Assembly: GCA_012026655.1 (NCBI GenBank)
Contig: JAAILG010000007.1
Span: forward strand, 62,001-126,000
Source of the DNA: Hydrolagus affinis
Taxonomy: Eukaryota
Length of the DNA: 64,000 bases
Direction of reading: 5' to 3'
A program made the position numbers and the translations under genes. Each line of letters opens with the position of its first letter. Position 1 is the stretch's first letter. The notes under the pieces were generated by a model, which searched no databases, had not been told where the DNA came from, and saw only the letters and a program-made list of their open reading frames with translations. Positions 1 through 10,910 of the stretch are shown here, one piece after another.

Positions 1-20
1 AATTATCAGTAGAGCTGTGG

Positions 21-27
21 TATAAAA
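21..27 (+). promoter_or_regulatory. TATA box of titin promoter
   Basis: TATAAAA about 30 nt upstream of the start of the exon-1-like sequence. Confidence 0.75.
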
Positions 28-53
28 GGTAAAACGACCATGTTAGCAATTCT

Positions 54-270
54 GAGCGGTTCAGGCACTCCCAGCCTTGCCTCGGGTGTAGGGATTGCAT
101 AGGAAAATTAAAACTACACCCAGACCACAGCCTGCGTGTAGTTTTGTTTCCTTTTAGTAAGAGGTATACCCATTCTCTCGGTGGATTGTTGAAAAATATC
201 TGGATAAGGAGGCAGTTTCCAAACCTATATTCCATAGGGCTTGGCCCATTTACTTAGGCACTCTTGAAAG
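54..270 (+). other. ttn: titin non-coding exon 1 (5'UTR)
   Basis: Closely matches recalled human TTN 5'UTR (CCCAGCCTyGCCTCGGGTGTAGGGATTGCATAG...AAAACTACAC...GTGTAGTTTTG...TAGGCACTCTTGA); donor AAG|GTCAGT at 270/271; TSS approximate. Confidence 0.8.
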
Positions 271-529
271 GTCAGTAAATTTCTGTTTCTTACAAAGTGG
301 CGTTTTGTTCCTCTTGATGCTTTGTTTAATTGAAGTTTTTTTTTAAGACAAGTTTTTAAGTTGTATCATATTCCCTCAAGTATAAGTGCCTCAGGAGCGG
401 GAAAAGTGAATTTGAAATATACATTTTTAAACTTTGATCACTTAATTCACACGTTAGTCGGTCTTTTGTGTATGAAATTCATCGTTGGACAACGATCAGT
501 GTTGAAATATTTGGAAACAAACTCTGTTT

Positions 530-815
530 GGGAAAATAGCTAGAAAATAGCTGTTTAATTAAATGAGGGAAGCCTAAAAGACGACTGTAACTTTTAAAGT
601 TTTCAAGGTTAGGCTATGGATGGATGAATTGAGGACTGCTAAAAATAGTGCTGATGATATGCATGTGGCATCAGCCAGGCAGTGATGACTTTTTAAGGGA
701 ATCAGTGCATGAGCTATTATTTGTACCACTAGCTATGTGGCACTTGTCCTCTGTCAATCATTGACATTTGGCTAAATTTAAACCTCAGCTCTTCAACCCC
801 AAACCAGCTGATCAT
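530..815 (+). promoter_or_regulatory. candidate intron-1 muscle enhancer (MEF2/E-box/NKX2-5-like motifs)
   Basis: Perfect MEF2 CTAAAAATAG 639-648, MEF2-like CTAAATTTAA near 773, E-boxes CATGTG 662, CACTTG 741, CAGCTG 805. Confidence 0.5.
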
Positions 816-1682
816 CGCTTATACAGACACCATGGTTCAGATTTAGAAAATGTTGCAAGCTCACTTACACTCCAATAAAGAACTACAAGTGGTGCAACAT
901 AAAGTTGTTTATCAAAGTTACTGGATTGTTGGCATTGCATATATATGTATATATATTGGTATTTCATTAAACGTAATATTTGCTATATCCTTTTTTTTAA
1001 TTGTGCAATTTAATTTAAATAAATGATTTATTTCTGATTTGATTTGAAAAATATTTTTCTGTTTCTTTCCTGAAAATACATTGATCAGAAAAATATCAAG
1101 CACTTATTAACACCTTTGCCTGCATTTGGACAACAAATATGATCTGTGATCATAGCAGGGCCAATCTGAAGTCATAATAATAATCATTGCATTGGATATA
1201 GAACCTTATCATGTTATTGAGACAGGTCAAAGCGCCTCACAGGATATGCTGTAAAGTTGTGTAACTGTGTGTATTTTGTAGGCAAAGTAGAAATGTTACG
1301 TATCACAAGTTTGTTTTATCTCTTTCTTTTTATAACGTCCAAAGCTTTTCAGTATCAACTGTTTTAATAGAACTTTGTCACAAACAGCTCGAATTACGTC
1401 CCACAAGTATCTATGGGGTTTATCCACACGCTAATGACTCACACCACAACTCCATCTCACATTACATAGCTCTGCTATAAGATAAAGAATAAAAGAAGAA
1501 CATAACACATGGAAATATCAAGATTAAATCTTCTTCAATATGAGGGCGAACTGCACACAATTTTAATGTTTCCTCACTAGAAACAGCTCAAAGGGGAAGA
1601 ACTATTTTAAATCATTGCCGCTAGTCAGCCAAATGCTGTGATTTATGTTGCTCGCATATTTACCCAGACCAGACTGTTTACC

Positions 1683-2112
1683 CCCATCTCACCAGTTTTG
1701 CCCGGGCTCCACTGGCTCCCCATCATCGAACAAATCGTCTAAGATCCTCACACTCGTGTTCAAATACATTCACTACATGGCACCTCCCTACCTCTATGAC
1801 CTCCTCACTCCCCAATCCACCACCCGGTGCCTCCGCTCAACTGGGACCGGTCTCCTACTTGTCCCTCGCACATTGCACTCCACCAATGGAGGTCGTGCTT
1901 TCAGCCACTACGCCCCCCAAACTGTGGAACACTCTCCCTCAATCCCACCGCCTTGCCTTCTCTCTCGCCTTTTTCAAACCTAAGTTTTCAAACACGCTTA
2001 TGGTCACATTCATCTGCCTCCCCACCGGCTCACAATCAGGCTCCCTAACTTTTAAGTGCTGTGAGACGATACCTTGCGCGGAGGATGCTATATAAGTGCA
2101 AGTTGTTGTTGT
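1683..2112 (+). mobile_element. L2-clade LINE 3' fragment
   Basis: Degenerate ORF2 C-terminus (LHWLP...GGRAFSHYAPKLWNTLP across frames) ending in GCTATATAAGTGCAAGTTGTTGTTG tail. Confidence 0.75.
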
Positions 2113-2282
2113 ATAAGGCACTTTTGTGAAGTTAACTACACTGGTATAAGAATCTTATTCATTTTATTCTTTTAGACAATTATTCTACACAAAACTCGCA
2201 TGTATAGGCAATACGTTTCACTAGTAGAAGTTCTTTGTAGTTAACCGACGAATTTCTGTTGTGTCTTAGAGTGCCTACCAAA

Positions 2283-2373
2283 ATGGCCACACAAGCTCCG
2301 ACTTTCATACAACCGCTTCAAAGCGTTGTGGCACTAGAGGGTAGTGCCGCAACCTTTGAAGCGCATGTTGCCG
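2283..2373 (+). CDS. ttn: titin exon 2 coding part (start codon, Z1 N-terminus); exon begins 2270
   Basis: MATQAPTFIQPLQSVVALEGSAATFEAHVA; 91 nt; G|GTAAGT donor. Confidence 0.97.
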
Positions 2374-2636
2374 GTAAGTTATCAAATAACATTTGTTGCA
2401 TTTGATTCTTAACTGTTAAATAATAATCCTGTAGATCCGATGTGAAATAAATAGCTTGTCGAAGGCTACAAAAATGTTTAATCTTACAGATTGCATCCAT
2501 TTGTCTGTCTGCCTGCCTCTACATCTATCTCTATCTCTAATCGATTTGTCTCTTTATTGTCTATAACTTGATTTTCACAAGTAATCCGATCACATTTGTT
2601 CACATTCGGATCTATTTGCGTAGTTGGAGTCTTTCC

Positions 2637-2638
<2 letters not shown>

Positions 2639-2694
<56 letters not shown>

Positions 2695-2720
2695 TGTGTG
2701 TGTGTGTGTGAGAGTGTGTG
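2639..2720. repeat. (TG)n microsatellite
   Basis: about 40 TG units with a few interruptions. Confidence 0.95.
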
Positions 2721-2788
2721 CGTAAGATGCTCCTGGTGTATTTGCTGGGATTGTGTAGTTGACATCGCTGTTGCCTGACTGTCTGCAG

Positions 2789-2992
2789 GTCAACCGGTTC
2801 CAGAGGTGAGTTGGTTCAGAGACGGCCAGGTCCTGTCCGCAGACACCCTGCCAGGCGCCCAGATCTCCTTCAGCAGCGGCCGCGCAATGCTGACGATTTC
2901 TGGATTGAAGCCTGTGCACAGCGGCAGATTCTCTGTGCGAGCCACCAATGGATCAGGTCAAGCAACAAGTACAGCAGAGCTGCTGGTCACAG
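2789..2992 (+). CDS. ttn: titin exon 3 (Ig Z1)
   Basis: QPVPEVSWFRDGQ...GQATSTAELLVT; 204 nt; AG/GT. Confidence 0.96.
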
Positions 2993-3127
2993 GTAACAAC
3001 AGCATGGCTCCTGAGATACTCTCTGGGGTTTGTGTGTCTGTGTGTGTATGTGTGTGTGGAGGGGAGTCAGGGTCTGGGAGGAAGGATTGTTAGTCAAAAC
3101 ATTTGGGAGCTTCAGTGAAAGAGTTTT

Positions 3128-3400
3128 ACATAGATATATAGGCATACAAACAGGGGTGGGCTAATCAGCCACTCAAGCCTGCTGCTCCACCATTTTATAA
3201 GATCATGGCTGATCTGTACATCAAGTCCAGTCACCTTCCCTTGCACCGTAACACTAAATACCCTGACCTAACAAATATCTATCCCCCTCCATCTTGAAAA
3301 TGTGAATGGATCCAACATCCACAGCCATTTGGGGGAGAGAGAATTGTAGATTTGCACTACCCTTTGACTAACTAAGTTTTGACTAACTTTACCAGATGTA
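3128..3400 (-). mobile_element. CR1-type LINE 3' fragment
   Basis: Reverse complement of CR1-like 3' end (AAGATCATGGCTGATCTG...); complementary to the copy at 23684-23810. Confidence 0.55.
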
Positions 3401-3781
3401 CTCACCATAACCAGGCTGCTTACTATGGGCTTTGATGCCAGTTATACCGTATTTGGAGTCTCACTGACTCGTTGCTTATTTTCTCAGTTTGAACTTACAA
3501 AGGAATAAGGTCAGCAAATGGGCTGAGAAATTTTTGACCAGTTGAGGTCACCTGTGAGTTAGCATTACTGTACTGTATAATAAATTTCAATACCGAAATA
3601 AGAAAGTAGGAAAGAAAACTGTCCACATTTCGCACAAGTTAACCACATTAACTGTCACACACGGGTTGGCCTGAACTGCCTGTTTTATGAACAGATAAAC
3701 AGAGGATTAAATGCAAGATATTGTAGTTATGAATGCAATAGACATTGCACCAAAACCATTTTTTTTGCTTTCCTCCTGCAG

Positions 3782-4069
3782 CGGAAACTGCACCTCCAAA
3801 CTTTACACTAAGACTACAAAGTATGACAGTAAAACAAGGATCCAAAGTGAGACTGGATGTACGAGTCACTGGAATCCCTACACCTGTGGTTAAGTTTTAC
3901 AGGGAAGGAGCAGAAATCCAGAGTTCACCAGACTTCCAAATTGCCCAAGAAGCTGACCTATACAGCTTAATTATAGCCGAAATTTACCGTGAAGATTCTG
4001 GAACCTTCTCTGTAACAGCCACAAATAACGTTGGACGCGCCACTTCCACGGCAGAGCTACTCGTCCAAG
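3782..4069 (+). CDS. ttn: titin exon 4 (Ig Z2)
   Basis: ETAPPNFTLRLQSMTVKQGSKVRLDVRVTGIPTPVVKFYR; 288 nt. Confidence 0.97.
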
Positions 4070-4082
4070 GTGAGTTCCGTTT

Positions 4083-4400
4083 ATAATAATAATCCTTACA
4101 TTTATATAGCACGTTCCACATCTTATCGACATCTCAAAGTGCTTCACAGAATACAACAATGTCCCAAGGTTGGGTCCAGAGCAGGTGGGGAGGGAGTAGA
4201 AATGAGGGAAGAAAGAAGGGAAAAGAGGTAGGGACCAGAGCAGGGCGGGAGGGGTAGTAGTTGGAGGAAGGAAAGTAGAAAAATTGACTATATTTGTGGG
4301 AGAAACGCAGCAGCCAAATTGCACACAACAGTCGTGGAAGTGGGGTTTGGGAAAAAAGGGGGAAAAGAAGGTAATGGGAGGGGCCGAGGTAGAGGGAAGG
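4083..4400 (-). mobile_element. L2/SINE 3'-end fragment
   Basis: ATAATAATAATCCTTACATTTATATAGC... reverse tail shared with the SINE family, followed by purine-rich tract. Confidence 0.55.
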
Positions 4401-4517
4401 AGAGCAGAAAAACCGACTGTATATTTGTTTGCGTTGCTTTGAGTCGGTCACAGCAATATCGTGTCATGGTTCAAAACCTCTCCCAACTCATCCTGTGTTG
4501 CATTTGCTTCTAAGCAG

Positions 4518-4606
4518 CCGATGATGAAATTGTACCCGCCAAAAAGACAAAGACAATCGTATCTACTGCTCACATTTCCGAGGCGAGACAATCCCGAATT
4601 GAAAAG
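4518..4606 (+). CDS. ttn: titin exon 5
   Basis: DDEIVPAKKTKTIVSTAHISEARQSRIEK; AAGCAG tandem acceptor. Confidence 0.93.
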
Positions 4607-4721
4607 GTACGTTACCTTCCGGTATTCCTCACGGGAATGAATAATGCGACTGTTCCACTTTGCTCTAATTTGAATAGAGAGGGTGACTCCATTTTGTTTT
4701 AACCATTCCATTGTATTTCAG

Positions 4722-4942
4722 AAAATGGAAGCTCACTATGAAGAAAAATCTTCTGGTACAGTTGAAATGATGGTTGAGGGCAAGTTGGTGGTGCAACATT
4801 TGCACCATAAGACCCCTCCACGTGTCCCACCAAAGCCCACGTCCCTGTCCCCCACACCCACGGTTGGCAAAGTGCAAGCCACCCGCCAGCAATCTCCATC
4901 GCCGGTTCGCCACGTCAGAGCACCAGGACCTTCACCGGTTCG
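4722..4942 (+). CDS. ttn: titin exon 6 (Z-disc insertion)
   Basis: KMEAHYE...HKTPPRVPPKPTS...RQQSPSPVRH...PSPVR. Confidence 0.95.
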
Positions 4943-4989
4943 GTAAGGAATTGCAAATAAATGATCCTTGCAGTTGATATAGCACCGTA

Positions 4990-5465
4990 TCATAATAATA
5001 ATCCCTGCATTTGATAAGAGTGCCTTAACAGGCCTTGGACATGGCTCAAAGCGCTTCTCAGAATATACTGTAAAGTTAATTGACTCTATGGTTTGTGGAC
5101 AAAAGACGGCTGCTAATTGCAAGTGTCTTTGAGACCTCTCAAAGGCTTCACATGATATACTGTCATATGTAGGGATTGGGTATTTATCAGAAGACCAAGG
5201 CAGCCAATTTGAGTACAACAATGTCCCAGAAACTGCTAAAGAGTGAATAATTAATTTGATCTGAGAATGTGTTAGCTGGGAAACTGGGAGAAACTCCCTT
5301 CAAATACTGCCATGGGGTCTTTAACGTCCACCTGAACAGGCAAGTGGGCCTCGGTTTTACATTTCATCCAAAGGACGGCACCTCTGACACTGCAATGCTC
5401 TCCCAGCACTGCATTGGAATGTTAGCCTAGGTTATGAGTTCAGACTAGACTCAATGCTTAGCCAA
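4990..5465 (-). mobile_element. Deu-domain SINE (AmnSINE1/SacSINE1-like)
   Basis: Reverse complement of recalled Deu core (TCTTTAACGTCCACCTGAACAGGCAAGTGGGCCTCGGTTTTAC...AAGGACGGCACCTCTGACACTGCA) plus ATT-repeat tail. Confidence 0.7.
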
Positions 5466-6199
5466 GGGATGAAAACTGCACTCCTCACTTGAGCCTCCTT
5501 TGGATTCTATTCCATGTTAGACACAGTTATGTGTGGAGCTCAATGACTCAACTCTTTATTCCGGCCAAATCTTAAGGCTGACGGTGCCATCTGGTGGCTG
5601 TAAATGTTGTGACCAGTCCGCTCAATATGCCATAAAATTGAGAGGACACTTTGGATATGCTCTAAATTTGAATCCAATTGTATTGTTTCTCTCCTCTTTG
5701 TCAATTGTGTCACTACTATTAGGGAAGTGCCAGCTCTGATGTTAATAGTTTGTCTTCCAGATATGCTGGTAATTCACTTTGTGACCATTCAAATGGACTG
5801 CCGCAGATACCAAGTTCTACTTGGCAACAATTAATTTTGACATGTACATTTGTGTACATTACAGGGATTCTGTAAAATGCAAGAATTATTATTGTTCTAT
5901 GGATGCAGAAAAGCAAACGTTATTATTTGGTATTTCTTTGACGCAATAACAGCAACAACAGCAGCGACAACTTGCATTTGTATTGCGCCCCCTTCACGCA
6001 GGACGGTGTCTCAGAACAGTTCAACGTCAGCAATTGATGCATATGATTGACAGTTTTACTTGTTGATTGCGTCTTTGTTTCAGTCAATTCACTGTACAGT
6101 ATATTTTGTGAAGCACTTTGAGACGTCTAGAAGATGTTAAAAGCACTATGCCAAATGCAAAGATTATTATTATATTATTAAAACAATTTATTTTTCTAG

Positions 6200-7232
6200 C
6201 TCTGTGTCTCCGGCTGGACGACTGTCCACCTCACCCATCAGATCCGTTAAATCTCCCCTCCTGACACGCAAATCTCAGACCATGACAGCCACCGCAGAAT
6301 CCTTACCTCCTTGGAAGCAGGAAGATTACGTTTCCGCGAGCGAATTGAGGATGAGAGAAAGCAGGCTGTCCACCACAACCACAAGCAGCATTCACAGAGA
6401 AGAAAAGTGGGAGGGGAGATACGGTCTGCACGGGCAGACGTTCATCACCGGAATGGCTGGCTCTGGAGGAGGAATTGCCATCGCTGAAGGAGTTTCCATG
6501 GCTGCTGGTGCTGCTGGTGCTGCTGCTGGTGCTGCTGCTGGTGCTGCTGGTGCTGCTGGTGCTGCTGCTGGTGCTGCTCGTATTGGTGGTGGTTTCAGTG
6601 CTACCAGCATTGGCGGTGGTGGTGGTGGTGGTGTCAGTGGCTTCAGTGCTACCAGCATTGGTGGTGGTTTCAGCGCAACCAGCATTGGTGGCAGTGTCAG
6701 TGCTACCAGCATTGGTGGCAGTGTCAGTGCTACCAGCATTGGTGGCAGTGTCAGTGCTACCAGCATTGGTGGCAGTGTCAGTGCTACCAGCATTAGCGGT
6801 GGCGGTGTCAGTGGTTTCAGTGTCACCAGCATTGGTGGTGGTGGTGGTGGTGATGTTGGTGGTGTCAGTGCTGCCAGCATTGGTGGCCGTGTCAGTGCTA
6901 CCAGCGTTGGTGGTGGTGCTGGTGGTGGTGTCAGTGGTTTCAGTGCTGCCAGCATTGGTGGTGGTGGTGTCAGTGGTTTCAGTGCTGCCAGCATTGGTTC
7001 CTCTAGTGCTATCAGAACCACTACCGTGTCCATGGTTTCCGGAGGCATCCGAACGACCGAAGTATCTGGCGCTGCCAAGGCTGCCGGGCTTTCTGCAGCG
7101 GCGGGAGGCGCCCGAGTTGCTGGAGTCACCATCGTTGACGGAGCTGCTGGAGCCACTGAAATATCCCGAATTTCCAGTTCTGGTGCTGCTGTTGGCACTG
7201 TGGTTGTCAGCACCGCGGTTGCCAGCAAAGAG
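6200..7232 (+). CDS. ttn: titin exon 7, expanded with Gly/Ser/Ala repeats
   Basis: SVSPAGRLSTSPIRSVKSP...PPWKQE...EEKWEGRYG...ASKE; 1033 nt open frame; GAG|GTGAGG donor. Confidence 0.9.
6501..7000 (+). repeat. coding tandem repeat: (GCT/GGT)n tract then 12 copies of a ~27-nt GGSVSATSI unit
   Basis: GGTGGCAGTGTCAGTGCTACCAGCATT repeated with variable Gly spacers. Confidence 0.95.
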
Positions 7233-7715
7233 GTGAGGACCTTTTTTTTTCCCTATTGTTGTTGTTGCATTTTCATCAAAGCATGACCCAGCTCTGACCA
7301 GCAAAATTAGAGATTAATTTTAAATTTTATTTTAGGCGATTCAGCTAAATTCTAACCCGGTTTTATTCCGAGTCTTTGGGCACAGGTGTAATGGGACGGA
7401 TTCATTTCCAAGCCACGTTAAAGATGGATTCAAACGGATCAATTCGAGATTAAACCCGAAACCCTGCTTGAGTGTGTTTAGCGAAACACGTTTATATTAG
7501 TAGTTGAGACTTGAGAGTGGCAAATGATTTGGATTGTTCCTTTAATGTGTATGTATGTACTTGCATCTGCATTTTGGAAATCACCTGTATGCCTTCATTC
7601 GAAGGTGAATACAAACATTTTGAATGTGGGAGGCAGCCTAGAGACTGTTTAATGTTTAGTTACGTGACCTACGTATATGCAAAATCAATCTATTTTGCTG
7701 TGAAAACCAATTCAG

Positions 7716-7874
7716 ACACAGCATGACCTAGAGAAAACAACAGCTTTAGCTACTGTACTTGCTGCCGTTGAGCAAGCCAGAGTAAGAGCGCCTGTGACTG
7801 CTGCAACCGACGCAGAAAGACGTATCACAGAGAAAGACAAGTCTACAGAACAAGCACAACTATTTCAGGATCAG
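7716..7874 (+). CDS. ttn: titin exon 8 (Z-repeat Zr1)
   Basis: TQHDLEKTTALATVLAAVEQARVRAP...QDQ; 159 nt, phase 0/0; not in ORF track. Confidence 0.9.
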
Positions 7875-8608
7875 GTAGTCTGAACACTCACAACTCATTT
7901 TAACTGGCAACTTTCTTTGACCCACGAACCCAGACTTGTAATTTATTTCACAGTCACGTTCACGCAGGGAACTTTGATAGCTGTCACATCCTTAAACCAC
8001 CTAGTTTCACCAGTACACTCCTATCCATTGAGAGTGATTTTTGCATGCAGTTGTTGTGCTATTTTAGACTATTTTGCACAAAAATATCTATTGGAGAGTC
8101 AAATGTATTTCTGTGTATTGTGCATTTTGCTGCCAAAAGCAATACCAATTTTTTATATATATCTTTGTTTTTTTATTGGAAATGTGGCCCGAAATCCTCA
8201 AACTTTTATTTTAAAAACTGTTTAGAAACCATGTTTTGGATTGGTAATTTTGCCAACTTTTTACCACAACAAAAACCAGCCTATGTTAACCCTGTAACAT
8301 TCGGCTTCTCAAATGCAAATGCGAGAATTATTATTAATGTAAGCTGTGTTCTAAAAAAAATTCTTTGGAAAGACCAATCCGACAATGGCAACAAATTCGA
8401 TTTTTATAGCCCAGGGCCTTGGGACGTCCTCCCAACGTGAAAGGCAATATACAAATGTAATCTGTTGTCCCTATAGCGCCTTTCACGTCGGGAGGACGTG
8501 CCATTGACAAAGCCCAGAGGGTATTGCTTTTAAAAGTCATAGTTAATCTTGTGCAATAAAAGATTAGACTATGAGTGCTCTTGCAGACTTAGTCCTTGTT
8601 GTCTGCAG

Positions 8609-8899
8609 ATTGAGGTTGGCAAAAAGGCTGAAGCTGTGGCTAAAGTATTGGCTGCTGTGGATCAGGCTCGTACTAGACAACCTGTGTACGCTGAAGGAGT
8701 GCGCACGGCGGAGACATCTTTGGAGTATGACTATGCACAGGGCGATGTATGTGAACGTACCATTGAGCTTCCCGCTGCAAAACCAACTGTCCCTGCCAAG
8801 CAACAAGTTGTCACCACAACTGTCAGAAAAGAGACAGTTATTGTGCCAACCCCTACAAAAATTTCCTATGGCGAACATGCTGAAACACGCATTTCACAG
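8609..8899 (+). CDS. ttn: titin exon 14 equivalent (Z-repeat Zr7 plus Zq start)
   Basis: IEVGKKAEAVAKVLAAVDQARTRQP; 291 nt. Confidence 0.93.
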
Positions 8900-9067
8900 G
8901 TTAGACTTCATTTGACTCATAAAACAGCGAGCTAACATTAAACAAGGAATCTCTGTTATTCCTTCTAACGATGATGATCGTTTTGACGAGCCTTTTTTCT
9001 TACAAAGCTATTATCAGTCACGTGCTGAAATATGACCTAATAAAGAGCAATTTGTTTGGTTGCGTAG

Positions 9068-9181
9068 ATTGAAAGAACATCTGAATCCACAGTACACCTG
9101 GACCACAAACTTTGCAGTAGCCCAATTCCTCACTTCACTGTCTCAAAAATCACTGTAGCCAAACCAGAACCCATCCAAGAG
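9068..9181 (+). CDS. ttn: titin exon 15
   Basis: IERTSE...SPIPHFTVSKITVAKPEPIQE; 114 nt. Confidence 0.9.
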
Positions 9182-10225
9182 GTAAGGGACAGATTTCTGT
9201 ATGCCAGGCAAACAAACAGGACTATAAACAGAGGTGGTTAATATAATTGGCAGAAATCCAAAAGCCGCTCTGAGAAAAATATAGCATTGCCTATTTAGGA
9301 AAGCAACTGCTAATTCCCCTACACAGAGTAAACACATGTTTGAGTATATTTTATCTGATCATTGAAGCAAATGTAGAATTAGTAACGACAGACATACTAA
9401 AGAGCTATTTATGGCCAGCAGTAAGAAAAAGACATACTGCATTTAGAAATAGTGACCAGATTCCATGGTAGAACATCAAAGAAACACATTACGTTTGCCA
9501 CATTGTTTTGCTTTAATTTCTGGAAAGCAACTCAACAACAAATTACAATTATGTAGAGCCTTTCATGTCGGGAGGACGTCCCAAGGCGATAATGAAGGGT
9601 TTGCATCCGAGCTGGGGGCTGGAGTGAAGAGGGTGGTTGGTCATTGGTGTAAGTTTAGGAATGAGTTACAAATGATTATTAAAAATACATAGATAGAGCC
9701 CTATTTCACTTTGGCGGCACAGAATTTCCACTAGATGTTGATATTTGCCTGGCATTACAGTGTTCAAAGTTTTGATGTCTCTTTCTTGGAGTATTCAAAA
9801 AATATACTTTTGTATTGACACATTTCTTGCACTCTTTGTTTCATCCATTTTACATTTTTTCATTACTCCATGTTTTGACCTTCATATTACTAATAGAGAT
9901 TTTATTTAACACAATTTTGGATATTAATTGACATTCTTTAAACCTAACGCTGCTTATTTGTAGGATTTTTTTTTCTCTCTCTTTCTTTGCGGGTGAAACT
10001 TTCAGCTGTACCTCAATGTTTTCTGAAACATCCCACCCTGCATTTTGCAGACTTTTCTGTTGTTATTCAATTCATTTTCATCCTCATGCAATATTTCCCT
10101 CAAAGGCAACCTAATTCAGCTAACACAGTAATCCCACCACCCTTGTCATTGTAGCCAGCAGCGTTTTTTTGTCAATTGAAAAAACACACAAAATAAAATA
10201 ACTTTATTCTCCTTGGCTTGGTTAG

Positions 10226-10486
10226 GTTTCTATAGCAGGAACTGCATTGGTTACTCTGGAAAAAGAATTGGCCGCATCTTCTGCCCTGAAGGTTACCAAG
10301 GCAGTGAAACCTCCATTGATAAAAGAGGCCAGATATGTGATCGAGGGGAGTGTTTCCCCCCAGCCTCCTTTTAGAGAAGGAACAGACATGTATGAGACAC
10401 GTTTTGATTCTCAAATGCACAGACATCTAGATTTAAGTGTTTCAGCCTCACGCAAAGTCGAAGATCATTACACGGCAGAAGTCCAG
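10226..10486 (+). CDS. ttn: titin exon 16
   Basis: VSIAGTALVTLEKELAASSALKVTKAVKPP; 261 nt. Confidence 0.9.
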
Positions 10487-10844
10487 GTTGGTTCAACACC
10501 AAGTAGTCTTGCCCCCATTATCCTCTAACGTTTGGTGTGCTCTCCACAAATTAACAGTGATCATACCTTTCCACTTTCAATTTCTCATCGAGATCAACCG
10601 TAACAACATTTCCATTTTACCCCTCACTCCTTCTCTCCCTTCCTCCCTCCTCGGAAACCTTTCCTGAATAGAATAACGTGATATAATTCTAAGCATAACA
10701 ACAATAGCTGAGTGTGAAGTGTTGAGTCTTCTGCAGGAAGATCTTCTTTGTTCAGTGCTTCGATAGATGGTGATTCTCCTCCATGTTCATTTCAAGTCGC
10801 ATTATAGGATGTGAAACAAGTATAACGCTTTTGTTTTTCTCCAG

Positions 10845-10910
10845 ATCACAGAACCTGTCGCTGCTCCTGTTCCAATAGAGGTTCCACTTACGCCACCAAG
10901 TGTCATTTGT
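10845..10910 (+). CDS. ttn: titin exon 17
   Basis: ITEPVAAPVPIEVPLTPPSVIC; 66 nt. Confidence 0.9.

Noticed and set aside
2484-2919. His/Thr- and Cys/Val-repeat ORFs
   Set aside because: Translations of the (TG)n microsatellite
4512-4517. AAGCAG tandem acceptor at exon 5
   Set aside because: Common NAGNAG motif; at most a one-residue variant
6582-7000. Regular repeat that might suggest a CRISPR array
   Set aside because: No unique spacers or cas genes; it is a coding tandem repeat in a eukaryotic exon
6303-7304. Long antisense and alternative-frame ORFs (333, 278 and 253 aa) over exon 7
   Set aside because: By-products of the stop-free GGT/GCT repeat; only the titin frame connects to flanking exons
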